Virus record (IMG/VR): IMGVR_UViG_3300031857_000002
Span: 62,001-126,000 of that record
DNA: 64,000 nucleotides
Direction: 5' to 3' (one strand)
The position numbers and the translations under genes are program-made. Under the pieces are notes generated by a model, which worked only from the letters and a program-made list of their open reading frames with translations, made no database searches and had not been told where the DNA came from. Position 1 is the stretch's first letter. Every line of letters begins with the position of its first letter. This document shows positions 20,801 through 29,956 of the stretch, piece by piece.

Positions 20801-23800
20801 TGGGCTCAAAAGGTACAATTCTTTCAGCAGAGTTGTTGAGCAATGCCAACCTTGGTAAAGAATCTGCAGACTATCAAATCTATGAAAACTGGGCGGTACA
20901 ACGTGCAGTGTATGGGGCCAATGCTAACCGCAGTTTTGTTGAATTGAGATTGGATCGTGCATTGCTAAATGCCAACCCGAGCTTGGTACAAGTGATCAAC
21001 CCACAGCAACAAAGCCAAGCTGATCAACAGATCTTGTTGAGCAACGTGTGGCGCCAGAGTTATAAGTTGCCATCGCCAGACTTCTTGCCCACAACACTGA
21101 CTACCAACACAGATACTGCTCTGCCTACAGCTGGTTACGTAAGTCTTGATGATGTAGACATCACTACATTTGATCTTGGAACTGGTTCTACAATCTTGGC
21201 CAATATTGATGCAGTTCGCGTTGGCGCTACTGTATGGGTAGCCAAAGTCAACAACTACGACTGGGACATTTATCGTTGTGTATCAGTACCAGGCTATATT
21301 GATCACGTGTGTGACAACTTAGATGGCACATCCATTGTTAACTTTACCAAAGAACATGGATTGTCTATAGGTGATCGACTGATCATCAAACAATTTGATG
21401 ATCGTGTTAACGGTGTTTATCGAGTGTTAACTGTACCCGGTGTCAACAGAGTCACTGTAGCATACAGTTTTGTACCTGGCGGCCAAACAGTAATCAACGG
21501 GATTGGCATTGGCTTTACACTACAAACGCAACGGGTAGTGCAAGCCAGCGATATTTTAGATTTGCCGTACTCTACTGATATTCAAGCTGGTGCAAAAGTT
21601 TGGGTTGATGATGACGGCACAGGTCATTGGGAAGTGTTAGAAAAACAAGAACAATTCTCTGCTGTTACAGAACTAGCCCCAGTATTACTTGATGCTACTG
21701 AACAGTACGGACAAAGCGTTGCACAGGCCAACAATCGTCTGGCAGCCTTGGTGGGCAGTCCTCGATATGGTTCCAGCATACCAAGTGACACCAACAAAGG
21801 TGGCGTGTATGTGTATGTTAAAAACTATTCAGATCAATACATTCCAGTAAGTCCAGTAGGCGAAGTTGATGCTATTTTAACTTTAGATGTTACAGGAGTT
21901 AGAGGTTATGGCAATGCTGTGGATTTTGGTTATCAAGACTGGGCAGTAGCAGGTGCTAGCAAAAGCCGAGGACCTGCTGACCAGGCCGATGTTGGATATG
22001 CCGCAGTTATCTATAGAGACCCTGATCTTGGAGAGCCTGGCACCAATCCGTTTACACAGTCACAACTGTTGATTTCCCCAGATAGTACATCTCCTGGAGA
22101 ATTTGGGTACAGTGTTGCTATCAGTCAAGATGAACGTTGGATGTACATTGGTGCCCCTGGTGTGAACAAAGTACATGCTTATGGCAGAGTTGACTGGCAA
22201 GATCAAATAATCAAAGTATTTGCTGATGGCACGTCAACTACATGGGCTATCAACGACACTATTCAGATTGGCAACAAGTACCAAGTAAAAGTCACATTAA
22301 ATGGACAGTTACAAACAGTTGATGTTGACTACACGGTCAGCGCAGACGAAAGCTCAGTTACGTTTGCTACTGCGCCTGGTGTTGTAGCGGCTACTGGCAT
22401 TGTGGTTGATAATACCTATACAATTTTGTCTGTGGGTACTACTGACTTTACTTTGATTGGCGCACCCAACAACAATGTTGGCACAACATTTGTAGCCACA
22501 GCGGCAGGCACTGGTACAGGTACTGTGTTGTTTGAAACACTAATTGAGTTTGCAAGATACAACGACGTTCAAATTCCTTATAATGCAGCCACGTTTGATT
22601 TGTCTCAAGATACTGATGCCATTGGAGTAGAAGTTGGTTTGTTTACAGCTACAAACATCTACTCGTTTAGTATTTTTGTTAACGACGTATTGCAACGTCC
22701 TGGAATTGATTACACCTTTGCTGGAACCACAGTTACACTGACTCCAGTGACACCGTTTATATCTACAGACACCATTGTTGCTTCAGCTCAAAGCTACTTT
22801 GAATTTGTTGATACTTTAACGGTTGCAGGACTTGCAGCCGATGCAAGATTTGGACACAGCGTAACTACTACTACAGATGGTAGACAAGTTATGATTGGCT
22901 GTAAAGACAACGACATCACAGTGGACGGCACCACTTATACCGAAGCAGGTAGTGTGTATGTGTTTGATCGCAATGTACAAAAATTCATTTACAACTCAGA
23001 CGACAGCACTAATTATATCCCTGTAATAGGTACTATAGATTCGCCAGTTAGCGTAATTGTAAACAATCAATTTTTGATAAATCGAACCGACAGTGTATAT
23101 GGTGCAAACGGAACGTTCTGGGTAAGCGGCAACGATGTTTACATCGAAGATCCGTTGCAGAACGGAGACATTGTTGAAATTGAAACCAATCAGTTTACAC
23201 AAGTACAAGAAATTACACAAAACACAGTGGCTGAGTTTGTTAACTTTGGCCAAGCTGTAGAGATTTGCAGTTACAATTGCAGTTTGTATGTTGGTGCACC
23301 ACAAGACAGTGTGAGTGGATGGAAAGCTGGGGCGGTAGAGCGTCAAGTAAATCAAAGTCGGGTTTATGGAACAATCACAAGTCTGTACACTTACCAAGCA
23401 GTGCAAGACCCCACAGCAGACTACACACCAAGTTTCACTCCAGGCATGTATGAAAATACTGGCGTAGTTAACAACAGAACTCAATATAGTTTTATTTCTG
23501 CACTTACTGCCACTGAAACTTTGCGTGTAAACGATATTGATGTAGCAGTTCCTGCCAGTCCAAACAACACACTTGCAGGATTAGCTTCTGCAATTAATTC
23601 TGCAGTACCAAACGTTACTGCCACAGTTTCTACCACCGGATATCTGACACTGACTGTTACAAACGCCACGGCCGCAATCACAGGCAACAAACTACAAGTA
23701 GCCCCGGGCTCATCAACAGGCAGCACAGTATTCGAGGACATTGGGTTTGATACATTTGTTTACACTCAAACAATTTACAGCCCATACCCTGTGGACTTTG

Positions 23801-26800
23801 CAGGCTTTGGATCCAGCCTGAGCATTGACTCCACTGCTACTAACCTCGTGGTAGGATCACCTCGCGGTACATTGTATTATTTTGTTATCTTTGATGATGG
23901 CACCACAATCTTTGACGAAGACAGTACAGAGTTTTTCAGCATTGCTACACAAAGTGGAGCAGTTTACACATACGACTATTTGCCCAGCGCCAGTGATAAT
24001 GTAACTGATCCAGGCAAGTTTGTGTTTGGCCTGCAATTATACGACAGCAATGTTGAGTCGTATGACAGTTTTGGTACTGCTGTAGACTACACTGATGGTG
24101 TGCTGATGATTGGTGCTCCAGGCAACGACAGCAACGACAGCGCAGGTGGAGACCAAGGTCGTGTGTTTGTGTTTGAAAATCCCAACCGTGTGCCTGCGTG
24201 GACCATCATCCGCACACAACAACCTGTGGTAGATGTTCAACTATTAAACAGTGTGTTCACATATGACAAACTGACGTCAGCAAGAACTCAGCAGTTTGAT
24301 TTCTTTAATCCCTTACAAGGTAAGATACTTGGTGCTGCCAAACAAAATATCAATTATATTGGCGCTGTAGATCCTGCGGCCTACAATGTTGGTGCTGCCA
24401 ACAATATTGGTAACTCTTGGACTGCAGAGCACGTAGGTGAAATGTGGTGGGATATTAGCACAGTGCGATTCATTGACCCCAACCAAGATGACATTGTGTA
24501 CGCAAGTCGTCGATGGGGTCAAGTATTCCCAGGGTCAACTGTGGACATTTACCAGTGGACACAAAGCTCAGTACCTCCAGCAAACTACACTGGTACAGGT
24601 ACACCACTGAACATTCTTAGTTACACAATAAGTAGTCGTCTTGGCATTGATGGTGTGTTTAACACTTACTATTATTTCTGGGTACGTGGTGTTACTACAG
24701 TTGCAACTCAACAAGGCAAGACGCTGAGTGCGCAAACTGTATCTGAATACATTGCCAACCCCAAGAGCAGTGGTATTTCGTATGTGGCACCTATTAATGC
24801 CAGCACCATTGCCATCTACAATGGCGGCACAGTAATTGAAGCTGGTGACACTATCATTAGTATTGAATACGATAGAGAATACACTGATGACAACGTTCAC
24901 GTTGAATATGAATTAATTGCACAAGGTCGAGCAGATGCATTCTTGAGCACCAATTTATACCGTAAACTGCAAGATTCATTCTGTGGGGTTGATACCACTG
25001 GTGGTCTGGTTCCTGATCCTGCGCTGAATGAAGCTGAACGTTATGGCGTACAGTTTAGACCTCGACAATCAATGTTTGTGGATCGCTTTGCGGCATTGAA
25101 AAACTATATTCAACGTGCCAATTCTGTGTTAGCCCTGTATCCTATTGCAGAGAATCGTAGTTTTGTGTTGCTGAACTCTAGTGAACCAGAACCACCTGCA
25201 ACAGAAATTGTTGATGGGGTAACACAAACCAATTGGAACCTGCGTGTTGCTAACTTGGAAATATTAAGTTTCCAAGATATTGACACAGTTGTGTTGGGAT
25301 ACAAGTACCTTGTGGCCACTGACAGTCGTAACAATGGTTTGTGGACCATTTATACTGTGCAGTTGGTACCTGGCGGCTTGCTAGGTGCTCGCGAACTGAT
25401 ACTGACTCGTGTACAGAATTATGATACAAGACGCTACTGGAGTTATATCAATTGGTACTTGCCGGGATACAATTCCAGCACCAAGGTAATTGCTGAAGTT
25501 CCAAACTACAGTGCTCTGGTTACATTAACAGTCACAATTGGATCTAGTGTAAAAGTCACCGCCAATGCACAAGGCAAGTTTGAAATTTACTTGTTGACTG
25601 ATCTTGGATGGGAACGTGTGGGCTTAGAAGATGGTACCATTGAAATCTCAGCAGAAATTTATGACTATGCGCTAGGGCGATTTGGATTTGACGTTGAAGT
25701 GTTTGATGCACAGTACTTTGACCAAGAGCCTGTGATTGAAACTCGCAAGATTATTCAAGCCATCAACGAAGAATTGTTTGTGGATGACCTGTTGATTGAA
25801 CGCAACAAAGCATTGACCTTGATGTTTAACTTTGTGCTGAGTGAATTCTCTGCACCTGAGTGGTTGGTTAAAACCTCATTGATTGACGTGGATCACCGTA
25901 TTCGTAACCTGGAACCATTCCAGAACTATCGTCAAGACAATCAGGAATTCGTATTAGATTACATCCAAGAAGTCAAGCCATACCACGTGCAAATACGTGC
26001 GTTCAACTTGTTGTACAACGGTCAGGATCAATATCTTGGTGATGTCACAGACTTTGATGTACCAGCTTTCTACAACACTGATCTAACTGTACCACAGTAT
26101 ACTAGCCCTATACTGACACCATACGCACAAAGTTCATACCAACCAAACAACACACTTAGCAACGCTGACAGCACTTCGCTAATTTGGCAAGCCTGGCCTT
26201 ACACACAATGGTACGGCAACTATTTGCTGACCTTGGAAACAATTCGAGTAGTTGACAGCGGATCAAGTTACACTGATGCACCACTTGTGACCATTGTAGG
26301 TGATGCTGAAACACCTGCAACTGCGGTGGCATTCCTGAACAGTCAAGGACAAGTGGCATTTATCACAGTAACTGATGCAGGATCAGGATACGGAGCCACT
26401 CCAACAGTTGTGTTTGAAGGCGGCAACGGTTCTGGTGCTCGTGCATATGCAGTGATGAATGCTGTGATTGCAACAAATCCAGTAACTGGATTACCAATCA
26501 CACGTTACACTGGTCTAACTCGTGAATTCAAGACCACAATCAAGTATGACCGCATCACTTACCAAACTCAAGTGCTGACATGGACTGCTAATGTTACATA
26601 TGAAGATGGTACCTTAGTAAGGTATGATGACAGGGTATGGAGAGCCGCCAGTACAGATTCCACAGCAGTCTCTGGTCCTACATTTGAATTAGATCAATGG
26701 CAATTGGTACCTGCTAGCGAACTATCAGGTATTGATCGTACATTTGGTTACTATGTTGCTGGCGTAAACGAACCAGGACTTGACATACCATTGTTGATTG

Positions 26801-29160
26801 ATGGCATCAGCTACCCAGGTGTACAAGTGTATGGCAAAGACTTTGCAGGTGTTGATGTACTAGATGCAACTTATGCTAGCAGTTTTACAGACGTGTATCT
26901 TGGCACACGATTCTCAGATATCAATGTAAGTGGCGGTGAGTTTATTGGTCCTTACGAAGGACATGCTCCTGAAGAACTAGTTAATGGTGCAGAATACGAC
27001 ACACTTGATATTCGTGTTTACACTCGTCCAGGATCTGACTGGGACGGTGACGGCCACGGATTCCAAATTGGTAGCCGACGCTATATTTACTTTGCGGCAG
27101 ACTCGTTCCTTGACTGGAACGGTATTGTTGAAAATCCAGTGCAGTTGGTTGTGAGCAATGCAACCACTGGCGTTGACTTGATAGCCAATGTAGATTATGC
27201 TGTAGATTGGGTCAACAGAATTGTAGAGATACTAGGCTCTGTAACAGAGAACGATGTTGTTAACATTTCTGCTTACGAACTTGGTGGCGGTAGCCAGTTA
27301 TACAGACAAAACTATGTGGGCAGTGACTTGGAAGATTTTATTATTATTCCTGTTAATGCTACAGAAATTTATGAAATAGCTTTGTTTGTCAACGGAGAAA
27401 TTACTCCTGTGATTGATTGGGAACCGTATTACCCAGGCATACTATGGAATCAACTCAACAGCTACAATCGGTTGGATGTAGTGTATACTACTGGTCCTAC
27501 CACCTATTACCGAGCACTACAGTCAGTACCTGGAGGTATTGCTATCACCAATACTGATTACTGGTTTGAATTTGTGCCAGCAACTTTGAGCAAAGTGACA
27601 CTATCAACAACATACTTGGCAACTGATGCATTGAATCTCACAGCACTGGGTATCACTTCTCCTCAACGGTCATGGAGCACAGCACAAACTCAAAACTTCT
27701 TAGTCGATGCCACAATCAATTCTTCTAAAACAGTAAACTTGGCCAACTCCTTGATGGGAACCAATATTCCCAACATGGTAGTTGAGATAGATGGAATAAG
27801 ATTACGCCCATATGAAGGAATTGAGCATGTAGGTGACGGTGCTACAATCAGTTTTGGATTGCCACAACGTGGCGGATACTTACAAAGCATTATCAATCCT
27901 ACAACTGATATCACAGTTTATGTAAACAGTGTTTTGCAAACACAAGGTACTGTGTATAGTGTTACTAACTGGACTGGCAGTAACACTCCAGGCCGACAAG
28001 TTGTGTTTGTAACAGCTCCTGTGTCAGGCGCAACAATTTTAATATCAGTAAGCTCGGCTGCTGAATATTATGTTGCAGGATCTCAATTACAATTGATAAG
28101 TGCTCCGGCCATTGGCGCCACAATTGCTGTGACTACCTGGAACGATACATCACAACAAAACGCACTAACCTTGGTGTTTGAAGGGCCAGACACTTCGTTA
28201 ACTCCAGTGTCAAACAATTTTGATCTTGATCGAGTGATCACAAATTCAGGACGTTTGTGGGTTACACTAAACGGTTACAGATTATTTGACGGTGAAGATT
28301 TCTTGGTAAATGGACAATATCTAGTGTTAGCCACAGGAACTATTGGGTCTTCAGATGTGTTAGCAGTTACTGAGTTTACAGAAAGTATCGTACCAGAGGC
28401 CATGGCATTCCGTATATTTCAGGACATGCGTGGAGTACAAGCAACATACCGAATCACTGATTCAACTAGCACATTCCTTACAGCCACATTGAGTGCCACT
28501 GCAGATATAATCTATGTTGACGATGCAGGTAAATTGACACAACCAGACTTGCCAAACGGTGTGTTTGGTGTGATCACAATCAATGGCGAACGAATTATGT
28601 ATCGCAATTGCAATGTTGGCGCAAACACAATAACTGGACTCATGCGAGGAACTGCCGGTACAGGGGCAGCAGAACATGTTATCAGTACTCCTGTGTACGA
28701 CATGGGTCGTGGTAATTTGCTATACGCTTCATATCAAGACTACGTGGTCAAAGACACTATTCCTGCGTATGATCCTGCAAACCCAAGCCCCGAGCGTCCG
28801 GTGCCTGGACAAACAGAGTTTGTGGCACCTAACATTGTGATACAAGATTTCTTGGATAGCTCGTCAGAAGCTTTGAGCCTTGAAGTGTACGTGGGCGGAA
28901 TACGCCAATACAAATACAGTGATACCACAGCAACCAGCCAATATCGTTGGGTACAAAACCAATTTGATCCAGTATCAGTTGAGTTTATTGTAAACAGCAC
29001 ACTAGTGCCACCATTGTCTGCCCCGCTAGACAGCGCAGAAGTAACTATACTGGTGCGTCAGGGCAAAACTTGGTATCAACCAACTGCAACTGAGCCTAGC
29101 GATGGGCAAGCACTGCAAGAAACACAAACGCAGGCCGCAAGGTTCTTGCGTGGATTATAA
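14833..29160 (+). CDS. giant (4775 aa) baseplate wedge/structural protein in the gp7 position
   Basis: Translationally coupled to gp6. Contains FG-GAP-like repeats, small W/Y-rich carbohydrate-binding-like modules, and a YIQEVKPYH motif resembling gp7-like wedge proteins. Confidence 0.6.
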   Translation: MAKVRSVDFLPEIFQTDVNKQFLAATLDQLIQEPKFKKTQGFIGRTVGPGVNPNEKYVVEPTKVRADYQLEAGIISLEPDTDIIKDAITYPGLLDSISYQGGNATKPDRLFESQYYTWDPFISWDTFINFSQYFWLPNGPDAVDVAATGVPATNNFTVNRANGVYTFSGLQGNNPTVDLVRGGSYAFDVAQNAKETVNYSVGNAGNSAFVIDFANNPTLTLVRGDTYVFTMNLSAPYPFYIKSAPSTGLNNIYSSGVTNNGAVTGQVIFVVPQDAPDTLYYSTTTQTNLKGQINIVDGTPGTGPGFWIQTAPGVNGKVPTTPNISSRDVFGVTNNGEDLGTITFNVPTKTAQQFYYGLPLIAYNNGAVDLITDLKFDQINNITVDDFLNTYGGIDGIQELNDRTLVFENPTVDPETGGWYRTTFFDPLAQGAANNGLPGSYDSLLYAQQTEVPVGERFSVWQISYVTNNGVTYLQLNSIASIGELEKFQILYGTTYASTYWFKNDAGIFRQVPLLSALQDTLYYQDGTDPEIFGRIRLIEQTQSSTLYIDEILGKTTYTSPNGVTFTNGIKVVFRGDVEPASYINNEYYVSGVGVAIELLPVENFITPETYVVNNNDSSLPIPEDLDYLTIDRASKDLNAWTRSNRWFHIDVINATAEYNNTDITIDNQYRAKRPIVQFRPGVRLFNMGTEGKQPIDVIDFEETDAFSNVEGTTSYNIDGYAVVNGSRVIFAADEDANVRNKIWVVNFVEPDSVPPLIAQPIINLTLATDGEVLVDQSTVCLKGDTLTGLTFWYDGVAWIESQLKTSIQQAPLFNVYDANGISFGNRVTYPSSTFAGSKLFSYAVGDTTVLDPILQFPLQYLNLNNVGDIVFENNLYKDTFLYVQDNVSVTDPISSGFVREYASRTLFDRLIGWTDAATQTQIRQQFKFTFNGSPLKLDVQAQSTGVLPAVKVYVGSNYRDPDTYTVSTTATTTTITLDNTYAVGDIVEVLALSDQTSQVAFYQVPINLEKNPLNGNSNSFTLGTIRTHYESICENLTTLVGPINGANNTRDLGEIGPYGLIILQQSAPLTLTGYFNRSKDYNIFASLQYNSREYQKFKNLLMQEVTNLTIQYDTTVADILVDAMTNITLGKVESNPFYWSDMIPTGSVYTQTNYTVSLITTNVFDTTQVYNYTSANYLGLNVFKNNVLLTRGFDYTVATDGPRITVLTTLAVGDIISIQEYSATYGSFVPNTPTKVGLYPAYRPEIATVSTTTGTALVIVGHDGSQTPMFGDVRDDVLLEFEKRIYNNLKLDGNPVPLTITDVLPGQFRETGYTFEEISSILNLDFLSYVGWNKLDYTTQNYIVNNEFSWNYSQAQNKLTPSETLIGAWRGINRYFYDTEDPANTPWEMLGLSIKPTWWNTVYGPGPYTSDNLVLWDDLELGRVADPAGAYILPAYARPGLSGVIPVNSEGALLSPFDSVVGNYTDNTFQKSWVAGDGSPVESSWWNSSAYPFAVMRVLALTRPAKFYSLFADRDLYRYSSEFGQYLYNDRYRLDANGIQVYGNGTSKASYIDWIVDYNRQTGIDSTTALETDLASIDVRLCYRMASFSDKQYIKIYTEKSSPNSVNSTLLIPDESYNLLLYKNQPFDRVIYSSIIVQIVEGGYAVFGYSNAQPYFNILVSQSIGRLQPYTVGDVTVRVPTAYTNTVAQIPYGYVFTNQTSVCDFLLSYGRLLEEQGLEFTDRANGYTLDWSQMVVEFLYWSQQGWDANALINLNPLASALTITKPGAVVDSISTQTNENVLLDQNKRELPTRDINIVRLENTLTLQPLTNQSLSFADLRFTNFEHMIVLNNQSVFGDLIYEPITGARQSRLNFVGVTTTEWNGTVDAQGFILNQDNVEEWSGLKKYTKGQIVKYKDQYWSAATIVDPSIDFDFNNWIKSDYTQIELGLLPNIANKANQLQNSYSINTANLESDNDLLSYGLIGFRTRQYMAALNLDDVSQVNVYSQFLGSKGTILSAELLSNANLGKESADYQIYENWAVQRAVYGANANRSFVELRLDRALLNANPSLVQVINPQQQSQADQQILLSNVWRQSYKLPSPDFLPTTLTTNTDTALPTAGYVSLDDVDITTFDLGTGSTILANIDAVRVGATVWVAKVNNYDWDIYRCVSVPGYIDHVCDNLDGTSIVNFTKEHGLSIGDRLIIKQFDDRVNGVYRVLTVPGVNRVTVAYSFVPGGQTVINGIGIGFTLQTQRVVQASDILDLPYSTDIQAGAKVWVDDDGTGHWEVLEKQEQFSAVTELAPVLLDATEQYGQSVAQANNRLAALVGSPRYGSSIPSDTNKGGVYVYVKNYSDQYIPVSPVGEVDAILTLDVTGVRGYGNAVDFGYQDWAVAGASKSRGPADQADVGYAAVIYRDPDLGEPGTNPFTQSQLLISPDSTSPGEFGYSVAISQDERWMYIGAPGVNKVHAYGRVDWQDQIIKVFADGTSTTWAINDTIQIGNKYQVKVTLNGQLQTVDVDYTVSADESSVTFATAPGVVAATGIVVDNTYTILSVGTTDFTLIGAPNNNVGTTFVATAAGTGTGTVLFETLIEFARYNDVQIPYNAATFDLSQDTDAIGVEVGLFTATNIYSFSIFVNDVLQRPGIDYTFAGTTVTLTPVTPFISTDTIVASAQSYFEFVDTLTVAGLAADARFGHSVTTTTDGRQVMIGCKDNDITVDGTTYTEAGSVYVFDRNVQKFIYNSDDSTNYIPVIGTIDSPVSVIVNNQFLINRTDSVYGANGTFWVSGNDVYIEDPLQNGDIVEIETNQFTQVQEITQNTVAEFVNFGQAVEICSYNCSLYVGAPQDSVSGWKAGAVERQVNQSRVYGTITSLYTYQAVQDPTADYTPSFTPGMYENTGVVNNRTQYSFISALTATETLRVNDIDVAVPASPNNTLAGLASAINSAVPNVTATVSTTGYLTLTVTNATAAITGNKLQVAPGSSTGSTVFEDIGFDTFVYTQTIYSPYPVDFAGFGSSLSIDSTATNLVVGSPRGTLYYFVIFDDGTTIFDEDSTEFFSIATQSGAVYTYDYLPSASDNVTDPGKFVFGLQLYDSNVESYDSFGTAVDYTDGVLMIGAPGNDSNDSAGGDQGRVFVFENPNRVPAWTIIRTQQPVVDVQLLNSVFTYDKLTSARTQQFDFFNPLQGKILGAAKQNINYIGAVDPAAYNVGAANNIGNSWTAEHVGEMWWDISTVRFIDPNQDDIVYASRRWGQVFPGSTVDIYQWTQSSVPPANYTGTGTPLNILSYTISSRLGIDGVFNTYYYFWVRGVTTVATQQGKTLSAQTVSEYIANPKSSGISYVAPINASTIAIYNGGTVIEAGDTIISIEYDREYTDDNVHVEYELIAQGRADAFLSTNLYRKLQDSFCGVDTTGGLVPDPALNEAERYGVQFRPRQSMFVDRFAALKNYIQRANSVLALYPIAENRSFVLLNSSEPEPPATEIVDGVTQTNWNLRVANLEILSFQDIDTVVLGYKYLVATDSRNNGLWTIYTVQLVPGGLLGARELILTRVQNYDTRRYWSYINWYLPGYNSSTKVIAEVPNYSALVTLTVTIGSSVKVTANAQGKFEIYLLTDLGWERVGLEDGTIEISAEIYDYALGRFGFDVEVFDAQYFDQEPVIETRKIIQAINEELFVDDLLIERNKALTLMFNFVLSEFSAPEWLVKTSLIDVDHRIRNLEPFQNYRQDNQEFVLDYIQEVKPYHVQIRAFNLLYNGQDQYLGDVTDFDVPAFYNTDLTVPQYTSPILTPYAQSSYQPNNTLSNADSTSLIWQAWPYTQWYGNYLLTLETIRVVDSGSSYTDAPLVTIVGDAETPATAVAFLNSQGQVAFITVTDAGSGYGATPTVVFEGGNGSGARAYAVMNAVIATNPVTGLPITRYTGLTREFKTTIKYDRITYQTQVLTWTANVTYEDGTLVRYDDRVWRAASTDSTAVSGPTFELDQWQLVPASELSGIDRTFGYYVAGVNEPGLDIPLLIDGISYPGVQVYGKDFAGVDVLDATYASSFTDVYLGTRFSDINVSGGEFIGPYEGHAPEELVNGAEYDTLDIRVYTRPGSDWDGDGHGFQIGSRRYIYFAADSFLDWNGIVENPVQLVVSNATTGVDLIANVDYAVDWVNRIVEILGSVTENDVVNISAYELGGGSQLYRQNYVGSDLEDFIIIPVNATEIYEIALFVNGEITPVIDWEPYYPGILWNQLNSYNRLDVVYTTGPTTYYRALQSVPGGIAITNTDYWFEFVPATLSKVTLSTTYLATDALNLTALGITSPQRSWSTAQTQNFLVDATINSSKTVNLANSLMGTNIPNMVVEIDGIRLRPYEGIEHVGDGATISFGLPQRGGYLQSIINPTTDITVYVNSVLQTQGTVYSVTNWTGSNTPGRQVVFVTAPVSGATILISVSSAAEYYVAGSQLQLISAPAIGATIAVTTWNDTSQQNALTLVFEGPDTSLTPVSNNFDLDRVITNSGRLWVTLNGYRLFDGEDFLVNGQYLVLATGTIGSSDVLAVTEFTESIVPEAMAFRIFQDMRGVQATYRITDSTSTFLTATLSATADIIYVDDAGKLTQPDLPNGVFGVITINGERIMYRNCNVGANTITGLMRGTAGTGAAEHVISTPVYDMGRGNLLYASYQDYVVKDTIPAYDPANPSPERPVPGQTEFVAPNIVIQDFLDSSSEALSLEVYVGGIRQYKYSDTTATSQYRWVQNQFDPVSVEFIVNSTLVPPLSAPLDSAEVTILVRQGKTWYQPTATEPSDGQALQETQTQAARFLRGL

Positions 29161-29164
29161 GCAA

Positions 29165-29172
29165 GGTAAATA
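29165..29172 (+). promoter_or_regulatory. T4-like late promoter (GGTAAATA)
   Basis: TAAATA core just after the stop of the giant gene. Confidence 0.55.
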
Positions 29173-29179
29173 TATGACC

Positions 29180-29326
29180 ATGTCAAATACAACGCAAAAT
29201 ACGCCTGTTCAGCCCGCACCGCAAGTGCGTCGCAAGCCCAACGAAACGGGCACTATTTCAGTGCAAGCGCACTTCAAAATCAGTGATCCGCAAACACAAA
29301 AAACTATTGTGGAGGGCAGAGGATGA
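29180..29326 (+). CDS. small hypothetical virion-module protein (start 29174 or 29180)
   Basis: MSNTTQ...RKPNETGTISVQAHFKISDPQTQKTIVEGRG. Its stop overlaps the next ATG, and HFKISDP resembles HVKIHDP at the start of the next gene. Confidence 0.6.
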   Translation: MSNTTQNTPVQPAPQVRRKPNETGTISVQAHFKISDPQTQKTIVEGRG

Positions 29327-29928
29327 TAACTTCAGGATTGGCTAAAATTACTGGGCATGTCAAAATACATGACCCTGCTAGCGGGGAAATCTTCTATGAT
29401 GATCACAACGCTATTCACTATGAAAACATTTCAATTGCTATGGCACAAACCTTGGCAGATCGTAACCTAGGCTACATCTACGAAATGGCATTTGGCAACG
29501 GTGGATCCAGTGTAGACCCCACAGGCGTTATCACTTATTTGCCCCCAAACACCACAGGACAAAATGCTGACTTGTATAACCAAACCTATCAAAAGGTTGT
29601 GAACGACAATTCAGCCGCTGACACTGACCCAGAAAACAACTACATGACTGTGTTACACACTTCTGGGAATGTGTACACTGATATTTTGGTAACTTGCTTG
29701 CTAGACTATGGTGAACCACCTACGCAACAAGCATTTGACAACTCCACAAACTTCAACGGTGAGTTTGTGTTTGATGAACTAGGACTCAAAACCTGGGACG
29801 GATCAGCAGATAATCTGCGGTTGATTACACATGTGATCTTTCACCCAGTACAAAAGAGCTTGAATCGACAGATTCAAATTGATTACACACTGAGAATCCA
29901 GACATTGAGCAACATCAATGCTGTATAA
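29323..29928 (+). CDS. virion/baseplate structural protein (gp8 position)
   Basis: MAFGNGG...FVFDELGL...LITHVIFHPVQKSLNR.IQIDYTLRI, a tail collar/baseplate-like beta protein; supported by synteny. Confidence 0.55.
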   Translation: MITSGLAKITGHVKIHDPASGEIFYDDHNAIHYENISIAMAQTLADRNLGYIYEMAFGNGGSSVDPTGVITYLPPNTTGQNADLYNQTYQKVVNDNSAADTDPENNYMTVLHTSGNVYTDILVTCLLDYGEPPTQQAFDNSTNFNGEFVFDELGLKTWDGSADNLRLITHVIFHPVQKSLNRQIQIDYTLRIQTLSNINAV

Positions 29929-29931
29929 ATA
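29924..29931 (+). promoter_or_regulatory. T4 late promoter consensus TATAAATA
   Basis: Exact consensus upstream of the ATG at 29957. Confidence 0.7.
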
Positions 29932-29956
29932 TTGAAAACAGGAACAGGTATCTGAC

